A stretch of 64,000 nt of DNA from Octopus sinensis (Eukaryota): NCBI RefSeq assembly GCF_006345805.1, contig NC_043015.1:36766001-36830000 (forward strand), given 5' to 3'. Below are positions 15,058 to 28,370 of this stretch, in pieces. The translations under genes were made by a program, and so were the position numbers. The notes beneath the pieces were generated by a model. That model did not search any database. It was not told where the DNA came from and worked only from the letters and a program-made list of their open reading frames with translations. Position 1 is the first letter of the stretch; each line of letters begins with the position of its first letter.

Positions 15058-15170
15058 TTACTCTTAAACTTGTGCCAGCCATTCGACTCTGGCTATGCTG
15101 GAGCACCGCCTTTAGTCGAGCAAATCGCCCCCAGGACTTATTCTTTGTAAGCCTCGTACTTATTCTAACA
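15058..15170 (-). mobile_element. SINE family A 3' fragment
   Basis: gctatgctggagcaccgcctttagtcgagcaaatcg...cccaggacttattctttgtaagcc. Confidence 0.8.
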
Positions 15171-15893
15171 TACTGTTTACTGACCAGCTCATCGAATCTG
15201 TGGAAGAGCCTGGTCGTGTATTTAACATGCAAATGGCTGAGCACAGCACCAGTACGTACACCCTAAACCTAGATCTCGGAGAGATTTATTATGACACAAT
15301 CGGTATGATAATGCTGGCCCTTTGGCAATAAGGAATTCCACGTATTTGCCAACCGAGAAGAGTAGAGCTGCCTGGAATAGAGTCTCTTGCTCAAGGACAC
15401 AACTCGCTACCAACTCATATGCTACTAGGTTATCCTCAGTTTTATTCTGACCTTCCGTATAAATTCTTCGATGGAATGTAAAACCACAACACGCGCTGCA
15501 AGCCGTAGCAGCCTGCATTGCTTTGCTCGTGGTCTGCCCCATCAGCCTCCATTTCGGCCCTGCTATGTTAGCTCCTATTATTTGGCAAACCTTTTCTCAC
15601 GAGAGAAAGCTTTCAATCATCACATATGTATCTATGGAAGCGTAAATATATTTACACGCGCGCGCATACGTATAATTTATCCCTATATATAATATATATC
15701 TATATATGTATACACATATACATGTATAAATATATGTTGAGGTTATTAGAGATAATGGTGTCATTGAGACCCAAAGGTGTCAGGTAATGCTGAAGAAGTG
15801 CTATAGACAGACCATAATTAAGTTCCAGATTCGGTAATATTGCGAATAAAGGGTTCAACGCTGGTTCTGTGTCAGCGTGTGTATATATGCATT

Positions 15894-16223
15894 TTTTGCG
15901 TAATGAGATAAAAAAAAAACGAAGGCTGTATAGATATTAGAGCATTTATAGATAGAAGGTCTTACAGCTGTTTCTAAGATATTAATTAATAATAATATCC
16001 CTTCATCGGATACGGTGTGAGATGAAAAATTGAGTCATAGTTGGTTTCGATGTGATAATATTAGACAGTATCGCATCGAAACTAACTATGACTTAATTTT
16101 TCATCTCACACCGTCTTCGATGAAGGGATATTATTAATTAATATCCTAGAAAAAGCTGTAAGACATATCTATAGATGGTCTAATATCTATACAGCCTTGG
16201 ATTTTTTATCGTATTACGCAAAA
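15894..16223. mobile_element. Foldback element (~160 bp arms, 11-nt loop) with a hammerhead-like motif in each arm
   Basis: Arm 15894-16057 is an imperfect reverse complement of 16069-16223. The arm consensus reads GTCT-CCGATGA-stem II-GAAAC-AGCT-GTA-AGAC. Confidence 0.8.
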
Positions 16224-16567
16224 GGAGTCTTATATATGAATATATGTATATATCTATATACATGAGAATATACACACAGACATATATATATATATATTAT
16301 ATATATTATATTATATATATATATATACATATTTTCTTTTTTTATTCCACTACATTTTGCAGTCATTTGACTGCGGTGAAACTGCAGCACCGTCTTTAGT
16401 CGAGCAAACCGTCCCCAGGACTTATCCTGTGTAAGCCTAGTACTTATTCTCTTTTCCCGAATGGCTAGGCTACAGGGACACAACCACACCAACACTGGGT
16501 CTCATGCGATGGAGGGATAAACAAACACAGACACACAAACATATGTATGTATATATATATATATATA

Positions 16568-16796
16568 CCGGAGTAAACACATAAATGTGAAACAAGGTGG
16601 AAAAAAGAGTACTCAAAAATACCAGTGGTAGAGTAATATGCTTTATTTTAAGCAGCAGAAAATTCAACAAAATCTGTTACTCTGAGTTTCTCGTTGCCGT
16701 TCATCAGACAGTTTTTCTAGCAAAAACTGTCTGATGAACGGCAACGAGAAACTCAGAGTAACAGATTTTGTTGAATTTTCTGCTGCTTAAAATAAA

Positions 16797-16797
<1 letters not shown>
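16568..16797. mobile_element. Penelope-like terminal-repeat fragment with a perfect 76-bp inverted duplication
   Basis: 16641-16716 is the exact reverse complement of 16722-16797 (loop ctagc). The same family recurs at 44110-44280 and 44690-44860. The PLE assignment is inferred from the hammerhead motif and the inverted-repeat layout. Confidence 0.75.
16722..16769 (+). ncRNA. Minimal type I hammerhead ribozyme motif (mirror copy on minus strand at 16669-16716)
   Basis: Stem I CTGT/ACAG (extended by AAAA/TTTT), core CTGATGA 16731-16737, stem II CG-GCAA-CG, GAAA 16748-16751, palindromic stem III ACTC-A-GAGT, GUA site at 16758-16760. Folded by eye. Confidence 0.7.
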
Positions 16798-16844
<47 letters not shown>

Positions 16845-17299
16845 ATATATACGACGGGATTCTTTCAGTTTCCGTCTGCCAAATCTAATCACAAAACTTT
16901 GGTCGGCTCGAGATTATAGCAGAAGACATTTACCAAAAGTGCCGAGCATGCAACTGAAACCGGAACTGTCTGGCTGGGAAGCAAGCTTCTTACCACACAG
17001 CCACGCCTGTATATTCTTCTTCTTCTTCTCCTCCTCCTCCTCCTTCTTCTTCTTCTTCTCTTCTTCTTCTTCTTCTTCTTCTTCTTCTTCTTCTTCTTCT
17101 TTTTCTCAATATTATTATTATTATTATTATTATTATATTGATATTTATATACATACATGCACACACCACGTACACACACACATATATATGTATATATATA
17201 TATTAATATATGTGTGTGTATGTGTATATATGTAGATATATATATATATATATATTACATATATATATATAGAGAAAGAGAGATAGATAGATAGATAGT

Positions 17300-17351
<52 letters not shown>

Positions 17352-17432
17352 AGGATAAATAGGTATAGATATACACTGAAATCAATATATTCATGCATAT
17401 CTACATGCATCAATATATGTATATATATATAT

Positions 17433-17481
<49 letters not shown>

Positions 17482-18754
17482 CCTACATACATACATACAT
17501 ACACGCACACAGTCACATACATATATCCATCTGCGTGTACATAGATGTATAAATAATATATAAATGTATGCCTGCGTGAGTGTGTGAGTGTGTGTATATG
17601 TTTGTGTGTGTATGTCTTTTACTCTCACACACACATCAATAGAAAACATCCAGTGGCAGCAAAACCAATTAATTTTTATAAGTGTGCCAATTAACGTGAG
17701 TGGTCGATATTTTATATTTATACAATCGATATGAATGTCAGTCTCCTTTATGTGAAGTTTTATTGGTGAAAGATTTATGATTCGTGTTGGAACTGTATTA
17801 AAAAATGAAGTGAACTTTAGCCCGGTTCCCTAACGTTATTGTTATACGTCTAAATAAAATGTGATTACATTTATAAATGATGCAGAAAATGTGAAGCAGA
17901 TGGACGACTAAATGAAGCAGGCCATATTGTGTAGTGAACAGACAGACGGAATTATGAGCTGACAAAGGAACATCAACGTGGTGTGTTAACCTACGAAAAC
18001 CGCCAACCAATTATTCCTCAAATCAACCGAATTGAAAATGGCGATTCGCTTTGCAGAATTTCCTAACATATGTCTCTGGTAAAATCACAAAAGTCAAAAA
18101 GAAAAAGAATAAATTTTCCATTTAATTTGAAGTGGACGGTTATATTGGATGGGAGAGTCCTCAATACAGAACACTTTCAAAATAAGTGAGGATTATCGCA
18201 GGTGCAAAAGCTTTAATCATAATTTTACTGTATTTAGATTAACATGGCTCGAAATAACAGCACACGCACTGTCATCGTGGACAACAGGATGAAACTCAAG
18301 AGCATCGTCATCACCTGTACCGCCATCATTATCATCATCTTCAGCATCACTAGACACACTGCCACACAATAGTCATCATCATCATCATCTTTATTATCAT
18401 CATCATCAGTATCATCGTCAGTATCACCACCAAAACCATAACAGCAGCAAAAACCAGCAGCAAAATTGAAAACGGCAAAATCAACAGTAAAAACAATTGT
18501 GACCGTTTCTCCATACATCGTTTGCTGGAACGTTCACTTTTAGCCTACATCCTCATCTTATGATGCCGAGTTGCCGGTGTCATGTCTGCTTCCGAAAGTA
18601 TACAACATTGGTGAGTTGATATTTCGGAAAGTATGAAGGCTCTTCTGGAAAGTTACAGAGAAATGAGAATACCAAGTAAACCGTTATTTTCTTTTTCGGA
18701 GAAAATATTCCAAGAATTTTAATCAATATAATATATAATATGAATTCCCATCAC

Positions 18755-18788
<34 letters not shown>

Positions 18789-19017
18789 TACACCCAAGCA
18801 CACAGGCATATATATATATATATATATCAGATTTAAAATAAAACGTGTATATAGATACTGTGGATTAATTTCAAAATGCAAATGTCCTTCACGAGGACAC
18901 AGATCGGATTACGACCTCCTATATTCACTTTAGGTTCATGGGTGTCGTTCGTGTTTGTGTGTGTGTGTGCTTGCGTGTGTGTGTATGTATGGTACGTATA
19001 CACACACACACACACAC

Positions 19018-19104
<87 letters not shown>

Positions 19105-19110
19105 ATATAT

Positions 19111-19152
<42 letters not shown>

Positions 19153-19157
<5 letters not shown>

Positions 19158-20389
19158 TAAGTCAAACTGTGTACGTATTGTTGTTTCTGTAAAACAAAAG
19201 TGAGTGTTGCACGATTCCATTTTGAGTGAATCTCATTGCTTTTCGATGCATTTTGTACCTTCTTTCATTGAAGAAGAAGCAGAAGAAGAATGCTGCTCGG
19301 ACAACAATTTATATACTGCTTCCTGCGCTTCTTCATCCATTGCAAATCGACAATTCCATAAAGAATCTTTGAATGGCCCTAAGAGGTGATAGTTGGTAGG
19401 AACAATATATCTGAACTGTGTGTGGGATGTTATAGCAGTTCGAAACGCAATTCTTCAATGGTTTCAAGTGTGTGGGCAGCCATACGACGGTGTGATTTGT
19501 CATTTGACAATCACACTTGCTTTGATACAGTCGTGGCATTTTGTGAGAACGGCTATTTTCAGTATGTTGGCCCTTATTTCTCTGCGCCATACGCTCGTGA
19601 CTGTAGATCCCTTTTCCTGGTAATGTTCCAGTAGAAGCCCTTTCGTGTCCCCAACTGAGTTGTGGGTCACATTTTCTGCAGAATGTTCAATGTTGAATTT
19701 ATTTTTCTTTTGAGATCCCGGACGTTTCCATTCCATACCCATCCTTTTGCATTCACGCTAACGCAACCAGATCTCACCTCCTATGACTATTCTCTCTATT
19801 CATGTTTGTAGCGGTCAAATAAATCTTTAACAGATCACCACATGATTGCACTTATGAAGTGAGGTAAGCTTTCTTGGAACGCGTGCCATGGAGGATTTCC
19901 TATGCAGAACCACGACTAATTTGTAGAAAGCATATCACCTCATCGTTGTTTACTTGTCTTTTAGCCGAAGCCATCTTTTAGTTTTGTTGAATCGTTACGC
20001 CAGTGGTGGAGATTGATGTAAGTTCTATTCCCTCTTGGTGCGTTAACGCTAATTTGATCAATTTTACATTTCTCAATATATATATTCACACTTCTACGAG
20101 GTAGAGCGCTGTCTCCGCATTTTACTGAAAACCTGAGATAATTATCACCTCCTGTCACAACGTCAGACCGGAGAAATTGGATCATTGATCTCTGTTCTTC
20201 CATGGTGAACACAGCCATCGGTGCAGTCATGTTTAGTCGGTAAGACACGAACGATAACTGGTGCAATCTAAATCGAACCTCAGTTTCGAAAGCGCAAGAG
20301 TAACATCTTATAGCACACGAGGCCGGAAGGCAGTGCGACCAAACTAAAGTAAGCTTTCTTGAAATTGTAGATAGTTTGTGACTCCTCGT
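19153..20389 (-). pseudogene. Near-full-length decayed mariner transposon
   Basis: Broken frames give MTAPMAVFTMEEQRSMIQFLRS...RRSV; RIVIGGEIW; GMEWKRPGSQKK...EHYQEKGSTV; AAHTLETIEELRFELL*HPTHSSD; NYHLLGPFKDSL...DEEAQEAV. These mariner motifs are in the expected order. Confidence 0.9.
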
Positions 20390-20390
20390 T

Positions 20391-20421
<31 letters not shown>

Positions 20422-21252
20422 TTGTGTGCGTGTGTGTGTGCGTGTGTGCGCGTGTGTGTGCGTGTGTGTGTGGTGTGTGTGTGTGTGTTTGTATGCGTGT
20501 GTGCGTGTGTGTGTGTAGCAGAGAGGGACAGGAAAATAGCGACATGAAGGTCGGTAACAAATTGTTTACAGAATGTTTTGATTTTCATGATAGCCACACA
20601 CGTCCAAATACATAGCTTCAATTTGGGAGGATTCATCGTACAATCTTTGCTGTTTTTGTAGGAATCATGTATGTTGCATGTGCACATATGTAACTTCATT
20701 TACGATCCCGTGTAACATATGCTTGTGCATAAGTGTTTGACAAATATTATGCATGTATGAGTATGTTTGGGTTAATATATGTACAAATGTAGGGGCACAT
20801 AAAGCGCCCATTAAGGCCCTGTCTTTCACATACACTAAATGATTACTGAGGCACGCATAAACACTTGCATAACGTTGGATAGTCTCGAATTTACTAGCCT
20901 TGGTTTTCATGAGGTATTTATATACATCTAACTCTTGTAAACACTTTAAAACCCCTACGTGTGTATGCATATACATATATACATATAGTTGTTGATATCG
21001 TTATACAAGCATATAAATTCTTTCGTAGGAAAACCGGATTTTATATATTATGGTATATTCACACTTCTACGCACACATATGGATTAAGGCATTTATATCA
21101 ACACCTACTCAAACATAAATACGCCTTTAAGATTCTAAAGATGCCTAGTCATTCTTATAAGAAGTTTCAAACAGAATTTAAAGATGGAATAGAAGACAAA
21201 TCGGTTAATTCAGAAAATGGGTTTAGGTGGATAAGTGAGAGACAAAAGTACA

Positions 21253-21596
<344 letters not shown>

Positions 21597-22501
21597 CACA
21601 CACACACACAAACATATATATTATATATAATCATACTATACGTACGATAAAATAATGTGAATCCAATGAAGATAAATGTAGATAAATGGTGAATAACCTC
21701 TAGCGAGCGATAAACGGTGATAAAATAAGATGGCTGGTAAACAATATCATTTGGGGAAGAAACAAACAACACACAAGAAGAAACTATTGAGCATATGGAT
21801 GTGAGAAATAAGCGAACGTTACAAGCGGACCGTTTCAAAGACTGTTCATGGAAACGCACATTTATTACATATTTTTATGTTCTAAATAGCAAGCAGGAAA
21901 GACTTAGCTCTTCAGCATTTAAACCAGACATATTGACCCAAAATATTCTACCAGTTTTATATTCATACTAGCTTGACCTGGCCTCTCACACCAACCCTAA
22001 CATCGTTTTAAGAATAAACAATGATTTGATCGAGATAATGCATGATGATTCAAACAATGTCGATATATATATGTATGTGTATATATATAGATATATATAC
22101 ATATATATATATACATATGCGTGTGTGTGTGTATGGTGGTTGTGTACTCTTTATGCAGGGTCTGGCCACCTCTTGTACCTAAAGTTTAGATCCATCATGG
22201 CGTCTAATATGTCTTTTGAGGCGTCCGTTAGATTTGTAGACCTTATGGTCCACATGGCATCGAAAGGTATGCACGGACATATATCTATCCAGTCACCTGA
22301 TGACCTCCCAAAATTCTCGGTATAGCAAATACTTAGGAGCGCTCTGAAGATTCGAACTTAAACTCCGATGTCTTTATGAGGATCCAACTCCGCGCTGTAA
22401 AGCGTTGTTCTAAGAGGAATCAAAGTGAACAGATATAATAACAATTATGCGATTAAAAAATTACGCATAACAGGTTGGGTTTGATATACAAAGAATATAT
22501 A

Positions 22502-22717
22502 TACAGGGTATCCACAAAGTGTGGGTACATGGAGTAAATAAAATCATAAGATAAACAATTAAATATAAGAAATATTAATTTCGTTAAGTATGTGTTAATC
22601 CCTATGTGGGTACACGGGGTAAATAAAATCATAACATATAGAATTAAATATAAGAAATAATAATTTCTTAAACTATGTGTTAATCCCCATGTGCCCAGAC
22701 TTTGTGGACAACCTGTA
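22502..22717. mobile_element. Tc1-like MITE with an internal tandem duplication
   Basis: TIRs tacagggtatccacaaagtgtgggtacatgg and ccatgtgcccagactttgtggacaacctgta, with TA ends and two internal ~85-bp copies. Confidence 0.8.
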
Positions 22718-22719
22718 TG

Positions 22720-22750
<31 letters not shown>

Positions 22751-23062
22751 TACAGGTATGTATGAAAGCAGAAATAAAATTTCCATGGATCTCCTTGCTC
22801 CGAGAAACTGTTGTGGCACGGTTCCCCTTTCCCCTTCAATTTTCTCTCTATAAAAAAATTAGTCTGTGTCAGTTTGATTTGGTTATATAAATATCTATAT
22901 ATTATAAACCCCTTATACTCATCATCCTTTACGTTGCTTCTGTTTGCATGTATATATTTATACAGTATATCAAACCCAAGCTGTTTTATTCAATTTGTTT
23001 ATCCGCATGATTGCCATAGTGTGTGAGTATATATATATATAAATATATATACATATAAAATA

Positions 23063-23585
23063 TATCACGTTGAGTAAAATGTAAGCAACGTTTTGAACCA
23101 TAGAGAATGGTTACAGGATTTTTGCTGAGTTCTGAATTTTTTTATACTATTTTTTTGGGCAATTGTCTGATAATACAGACATATACTTGCCCAGACATAG
23201 ACAAAGAGACAGAGACATTCTTCATGCCCATGACAATACTCGACAACACGTTTCACTAATGACACTCCAGCAATTGAAATAATTTGGCTACGAAGTTCTA
23301 CCACACCCAGGTTATTTTCCAGACCTTTCTCCTACAGACTACCACTTTTTCCAGCAGCTTGATGTTTTCCTGCGAGAGAAGGATTTCAAAAACAAAATCG
23401 ATGCTGAAAATGCGTTTAAAGAGTTCATCAGCTCCAGATCTTTAACTTAGCGGAATAAACTCATTAGCACAAATGTGTTGATTGTAATGGTAATTACTTT
23501 GATGAATAAAATTTCCACATTGTTGAAATATATTGTGATGAATTTCCTGTTTCAAAAGGTTGCTTACTTTTTACTGAGCCTGATA
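23063..23585 (+). mobile_element. Internally deleted mariner with both TIRs and a C-terminal transposase remnant
   Basis: Translation HDNTRQHVS...LK*FGYEVLPHPGYFPDLSPTDYHFFQQLDVFL...DAENAFKEFI. TIR tatcacgttgagtaaaatgtaagcaacgttttgaa matches the reverse complement of ttcaaaaggttgcttactttttactgagcctgata. Confidence 0.9.
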
Positions 23586-23627
23586 TATATATATATATAT
23601 ATGTGTGTGTGTAGCTGTCTCTGCTTC

Positions 23628-23670
<43 letters not shown>

Positions 23671-24164
23671 TATATATATATCTATATATATGTTGTGTGT
23701 GTGGTATATATATATATATATGTATATGTATATGAATATATATATATATATACATACATACATACATATATATGTACATATGTACCTATGGGTGTCGTTG
23801 GATGTAGTATACGGGTAGATGCCATCTTACCTCACAGTTATGTTTCAGCTTGCAGCTAACCGCATCACTTAATAATTTGCGTTTATGACCTCTAGGCTTT
23901 GTCACTCATACCTCCAGTAGGTAATTCCGTGCTCGCTTCTCTGGATGGTAATATTGTCTGGAATGTATATTACCAATAATTATAACTATAGAGAATATGG
24001 AGACTGCCCGGTTGCATAGGCCACAATCAATTTTCTGTGCCGTACAAGCAAATGTAGTTTGTCGCAACCAAAAAAGTATGCTTTATGCCATTGTAAAATA
24101 AAAAGTAAATAAACTGTGAACGTGTACCACCCGCCATATCCTCTATCGATACAATTATTGCTTA

Positions 24165-24230
<66 letters not shown>

Positions 24231-24810
24231 GCACGTGTGCTTGAAAAGATTAATCAAAGCGCTGGCACACTAAATGAAGAAAACTTGCTACCCAAAAATG
24301 TTAGTGTCGTTCTGTTAAAAGAGTTTATAACTTTATTTAGAAAATAATGTTTTCAAAAAACACTCTCTATACGTATAAACACACACATGTGTGTTTGTGC
24401 CAATATGCGAATGAGAGAGCTTGTTTTAGTAAGTGTGTGTGTGTGCGTCTACGTGCGTGTGTGTGTAAGCGTGCATGTGTGTGTATGTTTTTGTGTATAA
24501 TAATCATAACGTTTCTTTGCTCGTTCATGTTTTTTGCATGTTTATGCCAAATCATTAAGCCGTGAGTTACTCTTTGACATAATCCGGTTAACCTGGAATC
24601 GAACTTCCGTAGCTCACCGGCGGAAAACGGAGACAAACACTGAATGACGTTCAGGTCGAGACAAATGTTCCGTTTTTTACAAAGCGATATCTTTGTTTAA
24701 TTCAGAAAAGCAAAAATTGATGACAATGACAACCTGTTGATTCGTTGTGCACTTTCAGTGATTAAAGCTGTGCGACCAAGTCTGAGAGACGTGTCTACTA
24801 TGGATGCCTT

Positions 24811-24909
<99 letters not shown>

Positions 24910-25030
24910 GCATATATATGCCTTACTTGGCAAAAAAATGACCATCCCTAAGTAAAACACACATATATATATACATATAGATAGACAGATATATAGATAT
25001 ATAGATGCATACATATATATTTATTAGATT

Positions 25031-25067
<37 letters not shown>

Positions 25068-25153
25068 ATGTGGTATATATGTATGTATGTATATATGTAT
25101 ATATATATATGTGTGTGTGTTTGTGTGTGTGTGTATATATGTATGTATATATG

Positions 25154-25190
<37 letters not shown>

Positions 25191-25634
25191 TTGAGTGTGT
25201 GTGTGTATATTTGTATATATAAGCATACATATATGCCTATCTATGATGTATCGATATGAATGCATGTACACATCCGGAAGCATGAAAAATATTTCTAGCT
25301 TGCTGCACTGGTTGACGATTAGTTTTCCAGTGAGAGTATTAAGGCAATCAATAAACGAAGAGACCCTGAACCTCACACACACATACACACACATACACAC
25401 GCACACACACACATGCACACACACACATATATATATGTATGTATGTAGTTATGTATGTATGTGTATATGTATAAATGTGTGTGCGTTTGTATTCTCCAAA
25501 GGTTCAGCGTAAAGACCGCCAGGTTGTTGGACCGACGCATCTCATGTATGTTGACGTATGCATTCTTGCGCATCAGTGACTGTGCATATGAGATCAAATG
25601 GTTACACAGACTGAAATATGTATAGAGGAGGATG

Positions 25635-25688
<54 letters not shown>

Positions 25689-25820
25689 TGTGCGTGTATG
25701 CATACGTATCAAAATAAGTGTGTATGTGGTATGTTTGTGTCTGGCTATACACGGAGAGATAGAGAGTGGGCGAAAGATATTTACAGAGAGAGATACATAG
25801 AGAGAGAAAGACAGAGAGAA

Positions 25821-25851
<31 letters not shown>

Positions 25852-26064
25852 CAGAGAGAGAGAGACAGAGAGAGAGAGACAGAGAGAGAGAGTGGGGAGA
25901 AGAGGAAGTTACAGAGTTATTCAGTCATGTATTTTGTGAATGTAAAAGATGTTGCGCATACATTTCAAAAAATATTTCATATTCACTGTCTTTATATTGG
26001 TATCTGTCTTTATAGATCTTTCTCCGTGTATGAACTATATTTTTGTGTGTATGCTAGTGCCATG

Positions 26065-26095
<31 letters not shown>

Positions 26096-26476
26096 CTCTC
26101 CTCTCTCTCTCTCTCGCTCTCTCTCTCTCTCCCTATCCTTCTATGCATGTATATCGAGTTTCCGTCTCGTTCTTTCCTCTCTCTCTTCGAATGTCTCTGC
26201 CGGGATGTGAATACCTATGTAAATCTCTATACGAGAGATATCGATTATTTCAGTTGAACTACAAAAGACTTCCTGCAACCAATTCAGATATGAAAGCTAG
26301 ATAGACATATATTTAGTGAAAGGTATCCGACGACATCAATATCGGCTGGATGATTCCGAAATCAGATCGGAAAATCTGCAGAATAAAGAAACTGCCAATG
26401 TATTAAAAAAAAAGCAAATAAAATTACATATAAAACTAAATCAAAATAACCGTGTATTGATAAACGTTATAAATGA

Positions 26477-26508
<32 letters not shown>

Positions 26509-26929
26509 GTATATATATATATATATATATATAAAGAATCGTGATTGGGGTGATATCAGGTGTTTTATATTTCTATGGAATTCCTCACAAATATGTCCTC
26601 TTGATTTGAATTCATTTTCCATGTCAAAAACATTTACAGAACGTTTCCAAAATCTGAGGCTAAAGATGATCATTGTTTTAGAAATTACAGCCGTGTTTTA
26701 TTCTATTTAATCACGCTCGTCTGCTTTCTTCAAAATCTTAGATTTCAAACGAAAATAAAGAATCAATTAGGAGGCAAATTCCGTTTTCCTTTTCTATTCT
26801 GCATTATGTGACTTTTACTGTTTCCTCTCAAATATTTGCATATTTCCAACTTAAGTACATATTCTACACGATAAATGTATCATTTTCCTCTGAACGTAAA
26901 TCCCCATCATTGAAAAATCTTTTAGTTTA

Positions 26930-27060
26930 AATCTTTCACAACTCTCTTTCTGATATTCTGTCTGAGCCAAATTGATGCATTCGGCAATAATGTGTGCCAT
27001 TGTTGCATCCCAAATTCCACGTACTCAACACATTGACGACACTTTCTACCGATACAGGTA
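26930..27060 (-). pseudogene. CCHC zinc-knuckle fragment of a REL-type (R4/NeSL-like) LINE
   Basis: Frameshifted CRQC...TMAHIIAECINLAQTEYQK. Confidence 0.5.
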
Positions 27061-27243
27061 GAGAGGGTGGGGGTAGAAAGAAAGAAGGATAGGAAGAAAG
27101 GAAGAAAAGTGAATGAAAGAACGACAGAAAGTAAGAGAGTAAAGAGAAAGAAACAGAGTAAGCAAGTCTCCAATATTAATGAGCAAACGTTGCATTCAAC
27201 GAACTCTGCAATAGATTCCAAAATCACCCAGCGTTGTTATTAA

Positions 27244-27640
27244 TCTCTCTATATATAAAGCTGAAGTTGTCTGTGTATGGCAGGTTTGGTAGCCTTCAAC
27301 TATCACTAACTTCTCCGATACCCTGCGGCGCAAGTTGACCAAAATTGAGAGTATGATAGAAGAAGTCTTGCTCTTCCTTCCGTAGAAGAAAGAATTCAAA
27401 TCGAACCATGTTAACACCAAAAATTATTTACATCAAAAAGGCGCTTTTTTTCTATGAAAATCCCTATTTTTTACGATTTTTTGTCTGCTGTGTCGCCATT
27501 TTTCGGTGTATTTCAACCAGAAAAATGTTCACTTAAAGCTAAAAATGTTCACAAGCTACATAATGCAAAGTCTTACTTTCCAAAATTTCCAATTCTAAAG
27601 GGTCAAAACAAACCCTAGCCACGCCGGGTGATACTGCTAG
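27244..27640 (+). mobile_element. Non-autonomous Helitron-like element
   Basis: 5' TC start (tctctctatatataaa) and a 3' GC-rich degenerate hairpin (gccacgccggg) followed by a terminal CTAG at 27637-27640. Confidence 0.6.
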
Positions 27641-27759
27641 AATGCTATACTTCTCAAATCTCTCGATTATAAATCCTGCGGTTAATCCTGTGAGAACAGA
27701 CAACAACCTGTTGTCAAAGGTCTCACAGAGTCTCTTTCCACGGTACTTGACACCCTAGT

Positions 27760-28260
27760 ACCAATCTCAAAATCCTCACCATCTTCAATAGAGTATTGTT
27801 TTGAGTATTATCTAACCTCATGACAATTCCTAATTCTTCGACGTATTCCCCAGACTTGGTTGTTAGCGCTTCCAGTTCCCCTACAACTACTGGGCACACT
27901 TACTTTCTACATTGCACATATTCTTACAATGCCGTCATTTATACTTTATCATCCCTGCTCCATCTCTTCGTCTCCTAGACACTCTTGTGCCTCCAGATAT
28001 GGCAATATCTATAAACTTGGTTTTCTGTTCCCTTTATCCAGTAGAATAATGACGGGTCTCCGAGCACCAATAAATGAGTCAAATTGGATTTTGAAATTTT
28101 GTGAGATCTTATATTCCTTCTTCTCGGTGAATCCTTCTGATTCGATTTCATACCATTTCCGTGTTTTCCAAGGCTGTTCTTCTCATCCAATCTCCAGGGA
28201 ATAAACTTACCCAAGTAATCGTGCCTCCTTTTCTATTCGTTTAGGATCAGAGTGCTACAA
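27760..28260 (-). pseudogene. REL-endonuclease domain remnant of an R4/NeSL-like LINE
   Basis: CSTLILNE*KRRHDYLGKFIPWRL...WYEIESEG...NFKIQFDSFIGARRPVIILLDK, matching the EYKRRHD / WYEH / RRPDI motif series. Confidence 0.8.
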
Positions 28261-28281
28261 ACACTGACAACATAATTATTA

Positions 28282-28299
28282 TTACTGTTATTATTATTA

Positions 28300-28368
<69 letters not shown>
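28282..28368. repeat. (ATT)n microsatellite
   Basis: Direct reading. Confidence 0.95.
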
Positions 28369-28369
<1 letters not shown>

Positions 28370-28370
28370 A

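Larger units (their letters stand above)
16335..17012 (-). mobile_element. SINE family A interrupted by a PLE-like palindromic insertion
   Basis: The 3' half (16335-16545) and 5' half (16850-17012) are colinear with intact family A copies. The insert at 16568-16797 lies in the internal (TA)n tract. Confidence 0.8.
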
